From: Octopus sinensis
Lineage: Eukaryota
Assembly: GCF_006345805.1 (NCBI RefSeq)
Contig: NC_043013.1
Coordinates: 20,150,001-20,214,000, forward strand
DNA: 64,000 nucleotides
Direction of reading: 5' to 3'
Shown: piece by piece, positions 11,606-24,275 of the stretch
How the letters are laid out: each line of letters opens with the position of its first letter
Numbering within the stretch: position 1 is the first letter of the stretch
Position numbers and translations under genes: made by a program
Notes under the pieces: generated by a model
What the model was told of the DNA's origin: nothing
What the model saw: only the letters and a program-made list of their open reading frames with translations
Databases searched by the model: none

Positions 11606-12096
11606 TTCTTCTTCTTCCAATCAGGACTCACGCATTTAGCCACAAAGAATAATCTCTACTTCGAGCCTACTCTAAGCTACTAAGAATGCATGTGGCAACT
11701 TGAAGATCCACCCACCACATGCGATAGACTGGCGGTTGCACAGGCACGAAAGCTACGTTGTTATCCTCATTCCATAAACAGCGGCTTTTAACAGGTGGAG
11801 AGCTGAACCATCCTGGGGTACAGAGGATTCACAATCTAGACTAGAGTCTGAAAGTTTACCACACCATAGTGGGTTACACCATGGTTCCGCTGCTTTGTGG
11901 TAGGAGTAGGAAGAAAGAGTGAGAGAAAGTTGTGGTGAAAGAGTACAGTGGGGTTCACCACCCCTCCCCACCGGAGCCTCGTGGAGCTTAGGTGCTTTTG
12001 CTCAATAAACACTCACAATGCCCAGACCGGGAATCGAAACCACGTTCTTACGACCGCGAATCTGCTGCCCTAACCATTGGGCCATTGTGCCTCCAC
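11606..12096 (-). mobile_element. tRNA-head SINE family C, variant with a (GAA)n tail
   Basis: Head GTGGAGGCACAATGGCCCAATGGTTAGGGCAGC...GTTTCGATTCCC is shared with 15115, 50709 and 61064; the 3' half differs. Confidence 0.8.
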
Positions 12097-12331
12097 TGAT
12101 GTAGCTGCTGTTGTCATTTCTGTATATAGTTTCTACTGCATTTGTTGCAGTTTCTGACCATTTCCTCCCCCCCCTTGCCTTCATGCAATACTCCCCCTCC
12201 CATACCATTCGTTAATTAACATACAACATTAATGTATCATGTTACAATATCAGAGGTCCTGTGTACTAGACTGGTTAGTATGTCATTATTGTTTTAGTTC
12301 AAGGCTAATTAGGACCCAGCCGCATCTATAA

Positions 12332-12575
12332 CAATGGCTTTCAACTGGGGTCAATATGGCCCTTGGGGATCCCATATAACATTTTATTGTTAAAACTTAT
12401 GTGCAATAAATTGCTTATATTTCAACAATACATAAAATATTTCTATTAACAATTTTTTAATATTTAATTATAAAAATACAATTGGATATTTCAAACAACA
12501 AATGGCTTGGAGGGACCGTCTGAGTAAAATGGAAGTCAAAGGGGTCCTTGGGTAAAAAATGGTTGGGAACTACTA
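12332..12575. mobile_element. hAT-like MITE, degenerate
   Basis: Ends CAATGGCTTTCAACTGGGG ... GGTTGGGAACTACTA resemble CAGTGGTTCYCAAC-type TIRs. Related halves at ~38420-38560 and ~40200-40305. Confidence 0.45.
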
Positions 12576-12999
12576 GACTGTGAAATAAAACACCATTCTG
12601 TTTTATATTCAGGCATAGCATACCTAGGAGTACATTACCCAACACGTCCTTCAATGTTGCTATTGTTTAGCACCAGCTTAATCTGGACCCTGCTGACCAA
12701 AGATCAGAAATGTTTCATCCTCTCTTTCAATCAAACTTAATGTATTTATGGCTATATTAATGCGCACACTCACACATGTGCATGCATATGTGTGTGTGTG
12801 TAAAGCTGATAATTTGAAATTTAACTGCCATTTCTAGCAGATTTGGTGACCACAATAAAATTCCTATTAGACTTGGTTGTGAATTTGTAAAAGATATTGG
12901 TGTTTAAAGAAAGCAATTATTGTAATTACTGCTTAACGCACCTCATATACTGTGTCATCTATTTAAACTGAATGATTCAAGAGCTGACACACACTAATA

Positions 13000-13720
13000 G
13001 ATGTAGGTAACACAGACAGGTGAGATATAGTGACACTGATAGATGTGATATGACATTTCACCTGTCAGTATCACCATATCACACAGACAAGTATGATATG
13101 GTTATACTGACAGGTGAGATGTGGTGACATAGACAGGTGAAATGTGGTGACACAGACAGGTGAGGTGTGGTGACACAGACAAGTGTCATGTGGTGATGCA
13201 GACAGGTGAGATGTGGTGACACTGACAGGTGAGATGTGGCGACACTGACAGGTGAGATGTGGTAACTCAGACAGGTGATATGTGGTAACTCAGACAGGTG
13301 AGATGTGGCGACACAGACAGGTGAGGTGTGGTGACACAGAAAGGTGAGGTGTGGTGACACAGACAGGTGAGATGTGGCAACACAGACAGGTGAGATGTGG
13401 TAACTCAGACAGGTGAGATGTGGTAACTCAGACAGGTAAGATGTGGTGACACAGACAGGTAAGACGTAGTGACACAGACAGGTGAAATATGGGACACTGA
13501 CAAGTGAGATACAGAGACAATTATAGGTGAGGTATGGAGACACAGGTGGGTGAGGTATAGTGATATTGAGAGATGAGATATGATGACACAATCCAGTCTG
13601 ATATATTGACACAGACAGGTGAGATGTGGTGAAGTAAACAAGCGAGTTGTGGTGACACAGGTGAGATATGATGACACAGACAGTTGACAACTACAGGTGA
13701 TATTTAAAGAACAGACGCAG
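13000..13720. repeat. 23-bp minisatellite (GACAGGTGAGATGTGGTGACACA), ~30 units
   Basis: Direct periodicity, cleanest at 13200-13480. Confidence 0.9.
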
Positions 13721-14151
13721 GTGACACATATATTATGCTTCCTGTTTCATTCTGCTGTTTTTCTATTTTTAGTTTTACTTTCATGCTATCTTGTTAAAAA
13801 TCTCACTGTTGAAATAGCATCTTTTAAAGAATGGTTCAAAGAGCAACACTGAAGTCTTTGTGTTTCCAAATGTTATCGAGAAGTGTAGAGGCTGTACCCT
13901 ATCCATTGTCTTTTAATAGACTTTCTGAGACTGGAAAGATTGGTCTTGATGGTGGGTGGTGGTGGTTCTTAACAACTGGGTGGGGGGAGAATGGGGAAGC
14001 TTGGGCTGTTAAATATTCCTTTGAGTAGGGCCTTGTTCCTTGCAAGAGAACAAAGGACCAACAATCTTCTGAAGAGAAAGGAACATTGGATTATACATGT
14101 AGCCTTGTCTATAATATGCTATGTTTCAACACACACACACATACATACTAA

Positions 14152-14213
<62 letters not shown>

Positions 14214-14228
14214 CTTATATATACATAC

Positions 14229-14277
<49 letters not shown>

Positions 14278-14372
14278 TACTTATATATACATGCATATAT
14301 ATATATATATATATATCACACATATACACATACTTATATATACATACATATGTATATATATATATATATATA

Positions 14373-14410
<38 letters not shown>

Positions 14411-15078
14411 AAAAGAGCAACATATAGGGACAAAACGATCACTGTTTGAAGTCTCTAGAATCAGCATTGATCCAGATTTGAAGAAAAACAAACAACAATG
14501 ACTTGGTATGAATATATATAAAAGCTTACTAAGTGAAGGGCACTCAAGAACTATATACATTACATTCTTTAGTTTTGTTTATCTAAATTTTGAGTTCAAA
14601 TCCTACATTAACCACTGCCTCAAATGTACTGGTTACTTGTTATTAGGGTGCCTGCCCCAGAGACATGGTCATGTCTCCAGCAAGTCTTTAGTGCTCCCTC
14701 TGCTAAGCATTGTCTTTGCTTATTCAAGGTAATGTAATTGGTAGTGTGAATAGAAGGAAGAGAATTAGGATAGAGATAGAGTATGGTGAGGGAACTAGAA
14801 GAAAGAGAGTGGAGGAAGGAGTACTGGAAGAGAGACTGTGATGGGCAGTTATATGTGGGTTGTTGGTCTGTAAGTTGAATAGAAAAAACAGCATGAGCAG
14901 AGTGAGGAGGAGAAGGGAGAGATAGGGGGAGAGAGAGAGAGTAATAGAAGTGAGTGAGAGTGTGGTGGATATTAACAATGAGTGATGGAGGTGGGATGGA
15001 AGCTGTACATTAGGATTGAACTAAGAACCACATGGTTTAGAAACAAACTTTTGAACCACTCACTTGTATATCTGGTCA

Positions 15079-15114
<36 letters not shown>

Positions 15115-15118
<4 letters not shown>

Positions 15119-15426
15119 CATGACCACCATTACTGACCAGGCTATCAGATGTTGCTAGACATCGCTGGTCACAATGTGCTTTGCATTGTTTTAGTCTTCA
15201 AATGACACCACCCCGCTGGCTAAGCGAGCAGGCCAACAGAAGAAAGAGTGAGAGAAAGTTGTGGTGAAAGAGTACAGCAGGGATCACCAGCATCCCCTGC
15301 CGGAGCCTCGTGGAGCTTTAGATGTTTTCGCTCAATAAACACTCACAACAACCAGTCTGGGAATCGAAACCAAAATCCTACAATCGTGACTCTGCTGCCC
15401 TAACCACTGGGCCATTGAGCCTCCAC
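15115..15426 (-). mobile_element. tRNA-head SINE family C, common form
   Basis: Near-identical to 50709-51016 (-) and 61064-61367 (+). Confidence 0.85.
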
Positions 15427-15438
15427 ACACACACACAC

Positions 15439-15495
<57 letters not shown>

Positions 15496-16719
15496 AAAAA
15501 ATAAGCATGCAAGCACAAATGTATCTCTAGTTATCCATCACACCCACATATTCATATATGAACATTATCTTATGCACTTGCATGCATGCTTGCACACACT
15601 CATGCACTTAAAAGAAAACAAAAAAAAACAATAACCCAAAATAGAGTGTCTTCTTATGAAATGTCAGAATCAGTTTTAGATTTTGGTGACGCTTTATTTT
15701 TGAGTTGAGATCTTATCGAACATTTCAAGTTAAGGATTTCAACTGACAAACTAGTTCCTTTTCCATCGTTTTTATGTTGGTACATTCTCTTAGAATACAA
15801 ACCACAGATAAACCTGTACAAGACAAGAGCATAAAAAAAAAAAAAGATTCTATAAATTCACTTCTGCTAATCCACCCCTGTCACCCCTACATCCCTTTGA
15901 ATTTTTTTTTTTTTTGGTGATTTTTTTTCTCTCCTTTTTCTGTGTTTTTTTTTCTTGATATGTTTGCAACAGAAAGGAATTACAAGACCAAGATTCCGAA
16001 ATCTTTGCAGAAAATCCCAGGATTAACTACAGCTTTCTCTTAGTTTAGACATCGCATATGGTCTGGGGTTGGTTTTATTTTCCTCTTTTTTTTTTTACTT
16101 TTGATGTGTGTATGTGTGTGTGTGTGTAACTTTACCTTCTCCCTCTCCTCTCCAGATTTTCAGGATTTCAAAAAATCAAAATTTTGTCATAATTTCTGAC
16201 TTCAACTCAGCCAATGCAATATAAGATTTACTAATCAAGTTACCATTTCTTTGTTTTTATTTTAGTCTATCTGTTTGTTTTTTTTTACCATTCCTTCATC
16301 TGACATTGTAACTTGCTGACTTCCAGATGTTTCCCTACATTCTTGACAATGTTTGATGATTTGCACTTGATATTAAAATAAATATTTATTATCTAAGTAA
16401 AATTAAATTTCTTTTATTTGTTCTAAATGCCAGTTTACACTTCAAGTTATTGTGAAAATCTTTTAGAACATTAGACAAAGTTCTTCTGACTCTTTATGTT
16501 TTGGGTTTAAATTCTACTGAGGTCAACTGTGCTTTTCAAAATCTTCTATAATTTAGGACAAAATTCTTCTGATACTTTATGTCCTGGATTCAAATTCCAC
16601 TAAGGTCAACTGTGCCTTTTATCTCTTCATTGCTCATCCAAACATTGCTCAGAGACTTCATGATAAACTTGTCTTCCTTTCACGAAGAGAGATACTTCTA
16701 GTATGTGTGTGTGTGGGGG

Positions 16720-17300
16720 GGGGGGGGTCGTACCAAAATTATTTCCTTCAACATTAAAAAAAATTACAATCTTTGTGCATATCAAGGGAACAATACTGCC
16801 TCTTCTTACTCTAAAATGGAACAATTCACCATTGGAACATACATCTTCCAAAGACTGTCTTTCTTCACAGCTAGAAAATACTTCCAACAACAACTAACCT
16901 TCTTCAGATCTCAGCTGTGACTCCAGGGGAGTATTGCTCCCACATCTGGTATGAGTTCTGTTGCTTCAGAGACAAAACTATCTTAGAACACATCTAAAGA
17001 AATGCCATTTCTCACTCAGACATATTCCAACCACTGTCCCTGAAAACTGTTTGATTTTGTGACACTACCTCCATTCATGTGCTCTTGTCTCACTCAACTC
17101 CCTCCCCTCATCAGTTCCATTGTCTCGACTCTCCTTCCATGCCCCTCACTAACTACTACTAACCAGTCACTTCTCCCATGCCCTTCACTAACCACACTGA
17201 GTCCTTCTACTTCAGAATGTAGTTTCTCGACCCTCTGGTATCCTTTCCTTGTAACCATCAACTTGAAATCATTTAAGAGTAACTTTGACTGGGATCAGTA
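16720..17300 (+). pseudogene. Decayed CR1/L2-group LINE, RT C-terminal fragment
   Basis: Broken frames give ARKYF..QL, EYCSHIW (GAGTATTGCTCCCACATCTGG), QPLSL and INLKSFKSN, in the order expected at the end of a LINE ORF2. Confidence 0.6.
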
Positions 17301-19464
17301 TCTCCATTCTTGGTGGAACTTTAAAGGCCCTGGTACTGTCCCCTTCTGCAAGATGAATCTAAAAAGTATAAATGGTTGGTAGTAGTAATAGAGGGTAAAT
17401 TATTCCAGTTGCTCAGAGAACAATGGACAGTGCTAGGTTTACTTTACTGGGTGCACCATTAGAATCTACGTAGAGAAAGCTTCTAATGCAATCACTCTTC
17501 TTTTCTGAAATAGCAGTCAGGTCCCCATCAAACCATACCCTACTGCCTTAGAAAAGAAGGACATGCTTAGTAATGTAATTCTAAAGGCATAGAAAGATAG
17601 TATATACATAGTTGGGACATTTTTTTATCATGGATCTGCTTGATCTGAGGCAACCTATAACTAAACAACAACATCAATTTGTAGAATAGATATGGTTCAG
17701 GATCCACGGTTTTGATTTCTAATCCAGTGAAGTATGACCTGTGTAATATAGGTGGTGGGCCAGTTACCAGGATTAGCCAAGAGAACTTGAGCTTATCTTA
17801 CCTGTGGTAGACTTATGTCCTTTTCAGTGAGTTAATATGATTTCTTTTTCCTACTGAACCCAGCTGAGCCACTATTCTTTCAGTTAAGCATTAGCTTCAT
17901 AAACTTATCACCAGCCCCTTCAAGTAAACACCAGCCCTGGATCTAACCACCCATCTTTTGTATAAACTACTGTTTGAGTGAATAACCCTTTCTATTAACT
18001 AATCACCAGCCCCTTCAACTAAACCCCAACCCTTTTGTGTTAATCACTTGATGCTTAAACACCTGACTCTTGTGCTAATCACCTGCTACTTGAGCTACCA
18101 CTGGCCCTAACAGCTAATACTAACCCTTAAAGAAGCTTTCTGCTTAGGGATTTCTAGACATCCAATTACTCCTGTTCCTGTGTTCTATTCCTCATGTCAT
18201 GGCACCAACAGATAAGAAGGCATGCATCATCTGAGTCTGATCCTTGAGCTAGTTGCTGGCATCCAACAGCTAAGTACTGACTCTTAAAAGACCTTTTACC
18301 TTAGTGATTTAAAGACACATGATTACTACGCTTGTCTTTGTATTGCATTTGTCAAGTTATGGCAGTTCTTTGACAGGTGAGAAGAGTTACATCACCTGAG
18401 TCTGATGTGCACATGTCGAAATGTCCTTTATCACTCTTAACAGATGATTTTAATGTTTACCATTGATGAAGGGGGTGGGAGAAAAGCAGTATGATGGTGG
18501 TCGTCGTCGTTGTCATGTGTGGGTGGGGATGGTATGGTGGTGGTGGTGATGATGGTGTGTGGGTGGTGGTTACGTAGATATGGAGTGCAGTGGCGGGAGG
18601 GGTTGGTTGGGGGTGAGGGACTAAATAGTTGTCTTTTGTTAATTCTGTCAAAGACACCAATATTACTTTAGTGCCAAAGGATAAAATCAATATTCAATTT
18701 CCTCTCAGACTTCTACAAAGAATTCATTGCTACATGGAAGCACCAATTTCCATCTTATTTACGTAACACACACACACACCTACACACTACGCATTTACAT
18801 ATGCAACAACCAGCTGTTTACCGCTATCTGAATGCTACACACAAAAACACATACACATACACACCACTCTCAAACATTAACCATATGCCTATGTCCACCA
18901 TGGTATCCAGTTAACAATGCCACTAACAAAACAATACAAAATTGGATACAAATGGCTCTCTTTAATTTCTGTTGTTATTCTTGTTGTTTTTACTGAAACT
19001 GTTGCTGCTGCTGTTGTTGCTGTTGCTGTTCATGCCAAATTATTCTTATAATTTCTTTATATTTTATGCAAGAATGTTCACTTTCTTCAAAATAGAATTT
19101 AAAATATTTATTGCTATTATCAGATCTCTATAAATATAATTAGCATTTCTCTGTTTTTATTATTCCATCTCTCTTTAAAGTTTCCATATTATAATTATCA
19201 GATCTCTCTAAATATAATTTAGTGCTTCCATACTATTATCATTTCAATGAATATAGTTTACTGTTTCTATATTGTCATTTCACCTTCATAAATACAATTT
19301 AGTGTTTTTCAATTGCTATTATCAGATCTCCATAAATATAATTTAGTATTTATTGTTACTATCGGGTCTCTACAAATATATTTCTCAACAGTTTATTTTT
19401 GGGTTGGTCAGCTTGCAGAAGTGTTACCAGGCAAGATGCTTTGCTGAATTTCTTGTGGCTTCAC

Positions 19465-19790
19465 ATTCATCATCATCGTTTAACGTCCGTTCTCCATGCT
19501 AGCATGGGTTGGACAGTTCGACCGGAGATCTGGGAAGCCAGAAGGCTGCACCAGGCTCCAGTCTTATCTGGCAATGTTTCTACAGCTGGATGCCCTTCCT
19601 AACGCCAACCACTCCGTGAGTGTAGTGGGTGCTTTTTACGTGCCACCCGCACAGGTGCCAGGTGAGGCTGGCAATGGCCGCGGTCGGATTGGTGCATTTT
19701 ACGTGCCACCGGCACGGAAGCCAGTCGAGGCGGCGCTGGCATCGGCCACGATTCGGATAGTGCTTTTCACGTACCACCATTCCAAGTTCA
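19465..19790 (-). mobile_element. RTE 3'-UTR copy (5'-truncated)
   Basis: Matches the reverse complement of ~39650-39985 including the (GAT)n tail. Similar copies at 23545-23880 (+), 24510-24720, 37105-37420, 38125-38290, 45865-46170 and 49085-49235 (-). Confidence 0.8.
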
Positions 19791-19874
19791 AATTCTGCCA
19801 AGCTCAGTTTTGACTTTCATCCTTTCGAGGTTGATAAAATGAGTACCAGTTAAGCACTAGAAAATAAATGCGCC

Positions 19875-20115
19875 CCTTTTTTTTAAAGCCTAGCCAGGCT
19901 CATGGGCCCGGTTTCCCGGTTTCAGTGGCGTATGTTCTCCCCAGCTGGACGGGATGCCAGTCCATCGCAGCATTACTCATTTTTGCCAGCTGAGTGGACT
20001 GGAGCAACATGAAATGAAGTGTTTTGCTCAAGAACACAACGCGTTACCTGGTCCAAGAATCAAAACCACAATCTTACAATCATGATGCTGACACCCTAAC
20101 TGCTAAGCCACGTGC
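19875..20115 (-). mobile_element. tRNA-head SINE family D
   Basis: Core TTCTTGAGCAA..CACTT.ATTTCA..TTGCTCCAGTCCACTCAGCTG is shared with 11105-11410 and 41540-41860. Confidence 0.7.
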
Positions 20116-20959
20116 CTCCACAGTTAAGCACTAGGGTTGTTATAATTGACTTGGCTCCTTTCCCCAAATTTCAGCTGGCGCACAGAACAAAATGTGTAGT
20201 GGCATTTCTTCTGGCTTTGTGTTCCAAGTTCAATTTCCACCAAGGCTGGCTTTACCTTTCATCCCCACAAAATCCTCCTCCTCCTCCTCCCTCCCCATCT
20301 CCTCTCTTCCTCCTCCTCCCTCCCTATCTCCTCCTCTTCCTCCTCCTCCTCATCACCATCCCCTCTTCTTCCTCTTCTTCCTCCTCCTCCTCCTCTAAAT
20401 TGGTCACCCCTGTTTTTTCCCTTCTTTGAACTTATTCCTTGTTGTCTTTGGTTTCTGTTGTTGTCTTTTGAAATCCTGCCCCTTATGCTTACCAATCACC
20501 TTTCGATGTGTCCTACACAGTTCATGTTCAATGGTTTTTTTGGGAATTAGGAAATAATGTCATTTAGTTTTCTTCTTTCTTGGATCTATTTTGGTTGTTT
20601 TTATGTTCTGATCCTTCCATATTATTCCAAACAAAGCGTGTTTCTGAGTATATTGACCCGCTCCCAACATCTTAGGGGCCAGGGGGTTCTGTCTTGGCTC
20701 ATTTTTAATTCTTCTGCCATTACTTCCTGTATTAAGTTGTTCCATCATAATTTGAAGTTTGATGAGGTATCCCGACAGGACAACTGTAATGCCTGCCGTT
20801 CTTAAATAGGTGAGAAATTTGTAGTCAATTTCCATTCCTGTTTCATCTTCTTCCCTAATCAGTTTTTGAAATAACCCCTTCTCAGGAAGTTGTGAATAGT
20901 TTCACAGAAAGTGAATCTCCTTGTCTTACACCCATCTTTGGAGTATAAATTTGGTAATC

Positions 20960-21048
20960 TTTGTGTATGCTTTCTGAAATCTGCTGAAACTACACCTGAT
21001 TATATATACACTTTAGATGAGTTGTAGTGCACCTGAGCACTGTACACA

Positions 21049-21121
<73 letters not shown>
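20960..21121 (+). mobile_element. CR1 3' terminus with (ATT)n tail
   Basis: AACTACACCTGATTATA...GATGAGTTGTAGTGCACCTGAGCACTGTACACAA matches the reverse complement of 22410-22480. Confidence 0.8.
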
Positions 21122-21122
<1 letters not shown>

Positions 21123-21199
21123 ATGATGCAGCAGGCTAGATTTGTGTTCTACATACATGGATGTATGTTGTTATACTTCCTGTTTTGTTGGGTGCATAT

Positions 21200-21358
21200 A
21201 ACACATGGTGTAGATGTTTGTTATACATACATTGATGTATGTAACTTCTACACATGGCTTAGTTGTGTCTACAGATATATTTTGTGTATATATAACATGG
21301 TGTATTATAGATGTGTATTATACATACATTAATGTGTGTTGCTATAGAAACACTTTTA

Positions 21359-21389
<31 letters not shown>

Positions 21390-21515
21390 GCATGATAGTG
21401 TAGAGATTTATTATACATACATTGTTATGGCTAGTTTTACTATGTATATATAACCTCTTGGTGTAGACGTGTATTATACATACATTGATGTATGTTATAG
21501 CTACAGTTTTATTGG

Positions 21516-21551
<36 letters not shown>

Positions 21552-21770
21552 CCATAATGGTGTAGGTGTGTATTATACATATATTGATGTATGTTGTAGC
21601 AACAGTTTTACTAGGTGTGTGTGTATGTGTGTATATATATACATATATATATATATCATCTCTCTAAAGGTAGTGCTCCAGCATGGCTGCAGTCAAATGA
21701 CTGAAGCAAGTAAAAGAATAACATGATGATGTAGATGTGTATTATACATACATTGATATATTTTGTTTTG
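21200..21770. repeat. Compound satellite: GTGTAGATGTGTATTATACATACATTGATGTATG module alternating with (TA)n
   Basis: About 6 module copies at variable ~70-130 nt spacing. Confidence 0.75.
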
Positions 21771-22391
21771 GTTAGTTTTACCTTTTATTTTTACTCACAT
21801 ATTTAAAGAATATTACAAAGTTTGACATTTATGATGGTGGTCGGGATGGCGGCGATGATGGTGTGTTGGCAGTGGTCGTATGTGTGTGTGAGTGTATGCA
21901 ATGCTGTGTGGTGGTGGTATTGGTGGTGGTCGGAGTGTGGTTTTTACCACTGACCAGACAGCATCCGTTCACTTTATTAGAACAACATTATCATTAAATA
22001 AAAGCACTAGATAAACCTTGTATAGTACCATACCACTGTAGGGTGCCAACTCTCTAAAGATTTGTAATTATGCTGGTGGTTGTAATGACAACAGCACTGG
22101 TGGTGGTAGGTAGTTGTGGTAGTGACGGTAGTGGTCGTGGCATTAGTTGTGATAGTTATGGTTATAGTCGAGCCATTAATGTCAATGAGATGAAGGACTT
22201 TTATCAATCAGTTGTTGAGTCCTACTGCTTTCTGGACAGATGTGTGTCTATATATGTGCATACGTGTCTATTTATGAATGTAAGTGCTTGTGTGTATGTA
22301 TTAATGTTTATGTATATATGTGTTTAGTGTGTATTTATATGTATGTATATAATAATGCATGAACAATGTGAATAGGATATTACCCTTATAT

Positions 22392-22790
22392 TAATAATAA
22401 TAATAAAAATATTGTGTACAGTGCTCAGGTGCACTACAACTCATCTAAAGTGTATGTATAATCAGGTGTAGTTTCGGCGGATTTTGGAAAGCATGAGGGC
22501 CTTAAAGGATGCAGTGTCATGGTAGTCACCAACTGACGCAGGCAGTTTGTTCCATGCTTCAGCAACTCTGAGCGTGAAAAAATGTTTCCGAAAGTCATGG
22601 GAGCTGTGTTGTTTTCTGACTTTGTAGGCATGTCCACGTGTGTTAGACACATGAAGATCAAAAAGGTGTTCAGTGTTGTTGTTGGTGAGGTGGTTGATAA
22701 CTTTGTGGGTGTTTACCAAGTCCGTCGCCAGATGCCGGAGCTTCAGTGAATATTGTAGAAACATTTGTCAGCAGTCAGCCATGAGACTCG
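22392..22790 (-). mobile_element. CR1 LINE 3' fragment
   Basis: NTRGHAYKVRK...RKHFFTLRVAEAWNKLP...FK is the CR1 ORF2 C-terminus; followed by a (TAA/ATT)n tail. Confidence 0.88.
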
Positions 22791-23098
22791 AACTCGCATC
22801 TCTGTGATTATAAACTTGGTTTATAAGTTCAAAAATTGCAGAAGAATTTGGGAGTGAGCAGCTTAGCTTAATGGTAAAGCACTTGACTGGTAATCACAGA
22901 GATGTGGGTTTGAGTCAAAGAGCATAGACTTGAAACATCAAAGGCTTTTCCATTCTTCTCAAGCTTTAAACTAATAAACTTGCTTGTTGTTCCTTCACTT
23001 ATCTTCAGGTATTTTGTTTTCTGTAAATTTGAACAATATACATGCATGTATGTGTGTTGTGTGTATGTATGTGTGTGGTTTTTTTCCATCTTCCTCTT

Positions 23099-23134
<36 letters not shown>

Positions 23135-23382
23135 TACCTCCTCCTCCTCATCATCATTATCATATATATATAATTTTAAAAACGTGTACATTTAAACACA
23201 AGAGAAAACTACCTTTTGGGTGTATTGGCTGCTATTTCTAGCATGTAAAAATTACCTGTTAAAAGGTAGTTTTCTCTTGTGTTTCAATATACACTTTTTA
23301 AAAATATGAATATGTTGTCTATTGACTATTTATACATGTTAGGACCACTGCTAGTGATATTTATAACGAATATTCGCTACCC

Positions 23383-23431
<49 letters not shown>

Positions 23432-24204
23432 TTGCATATCAATTTGGTTTATTTTTGTGTTATTTTATGTTTGAAATGTTTAATGTTTATAGCTGTGGCC
23501 AACACAAGTGCTGCAGAACCGGCCCATTTAAAAATACCCTTTAATTGTCGGACAATGTGCTGTGCTTGAGAAGACCTGTTGAGTCAAGTGAAATTGTTGT
23601 TGTGGCTGATGCCAGTGCCACCTGACTGGCACCCACGCTGGTAGCAGGTAAAAAAGCACCATTCAAGTGTGACCAATGCCAGTGCTGCCTGACTGACTCC
23701 AGTGCCAGTGGCATGTAAAAAGCTCTCTTGTAGTGGTTGGCATTAGAAAGGGCATCCAGCTGTAGAAACTTTGCCAAAACAGATTGGAGTCTGGTTCAGC
23801 TTCCTGGCTTGCCAGTCTTCAGTCAAACTGTCCAACCCACACCAGCATGGAAAGCAGACGTTAAACGATGATGATGATATATATAGAGGTGGCTTCAGTC
23901 ATGGGCTGGGTTGCACAGTAAAAAGTTTGCTTCCCAGGCATATGCCTCTTGATTCAGTCCCAGTTCATGGCACAGTGGCCTAGTCTCTTCTACTATAGGC
24001 CTCGTGAGTGGATTTGGCAGATGGAAACTGAAAGAAGCCAGTCTTGTGTGTGTGTGTGTTGTGTGTGTGTGTGTGTGTGTGTGCATGTGTGTGTGTAGTA
24101 GAATAAGAAATAGAAAGTCCTTGGTACAGTATTATATATTTGAAAAATAGAAATGTCGTTTCTGATCATTTTTCCTCTTTAATAATTAGAAGTTTATCAA
24201 TTTG

Positions 24205-24275
24205 TGTAAGTTATTAGGTGTTTACAAAAGTGACTCCTATCAGAGTTACCTTTTGTGAACGCCTAATAACATATG
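24205..24275 (+). ncRNA. Pre-miRNA-like hairpin (candidate)
   Basis: GTTATTAGGTGTTTACAAAAGTGACTC-CTATCA-GAGTTACCTTTTGTGAACGCCTAATAAC: ~27-bp stem, 3 G-U pairs, one bulge, 6-nt loop. Confidence 0.3.

Noticed and set aside
13000-13720. CRISPR-like regular repeats (also 5121-5580 and 26010-27005)
   Set aside because: Pure tandem units without unique spacers, no cas genes, eukaryotic context.
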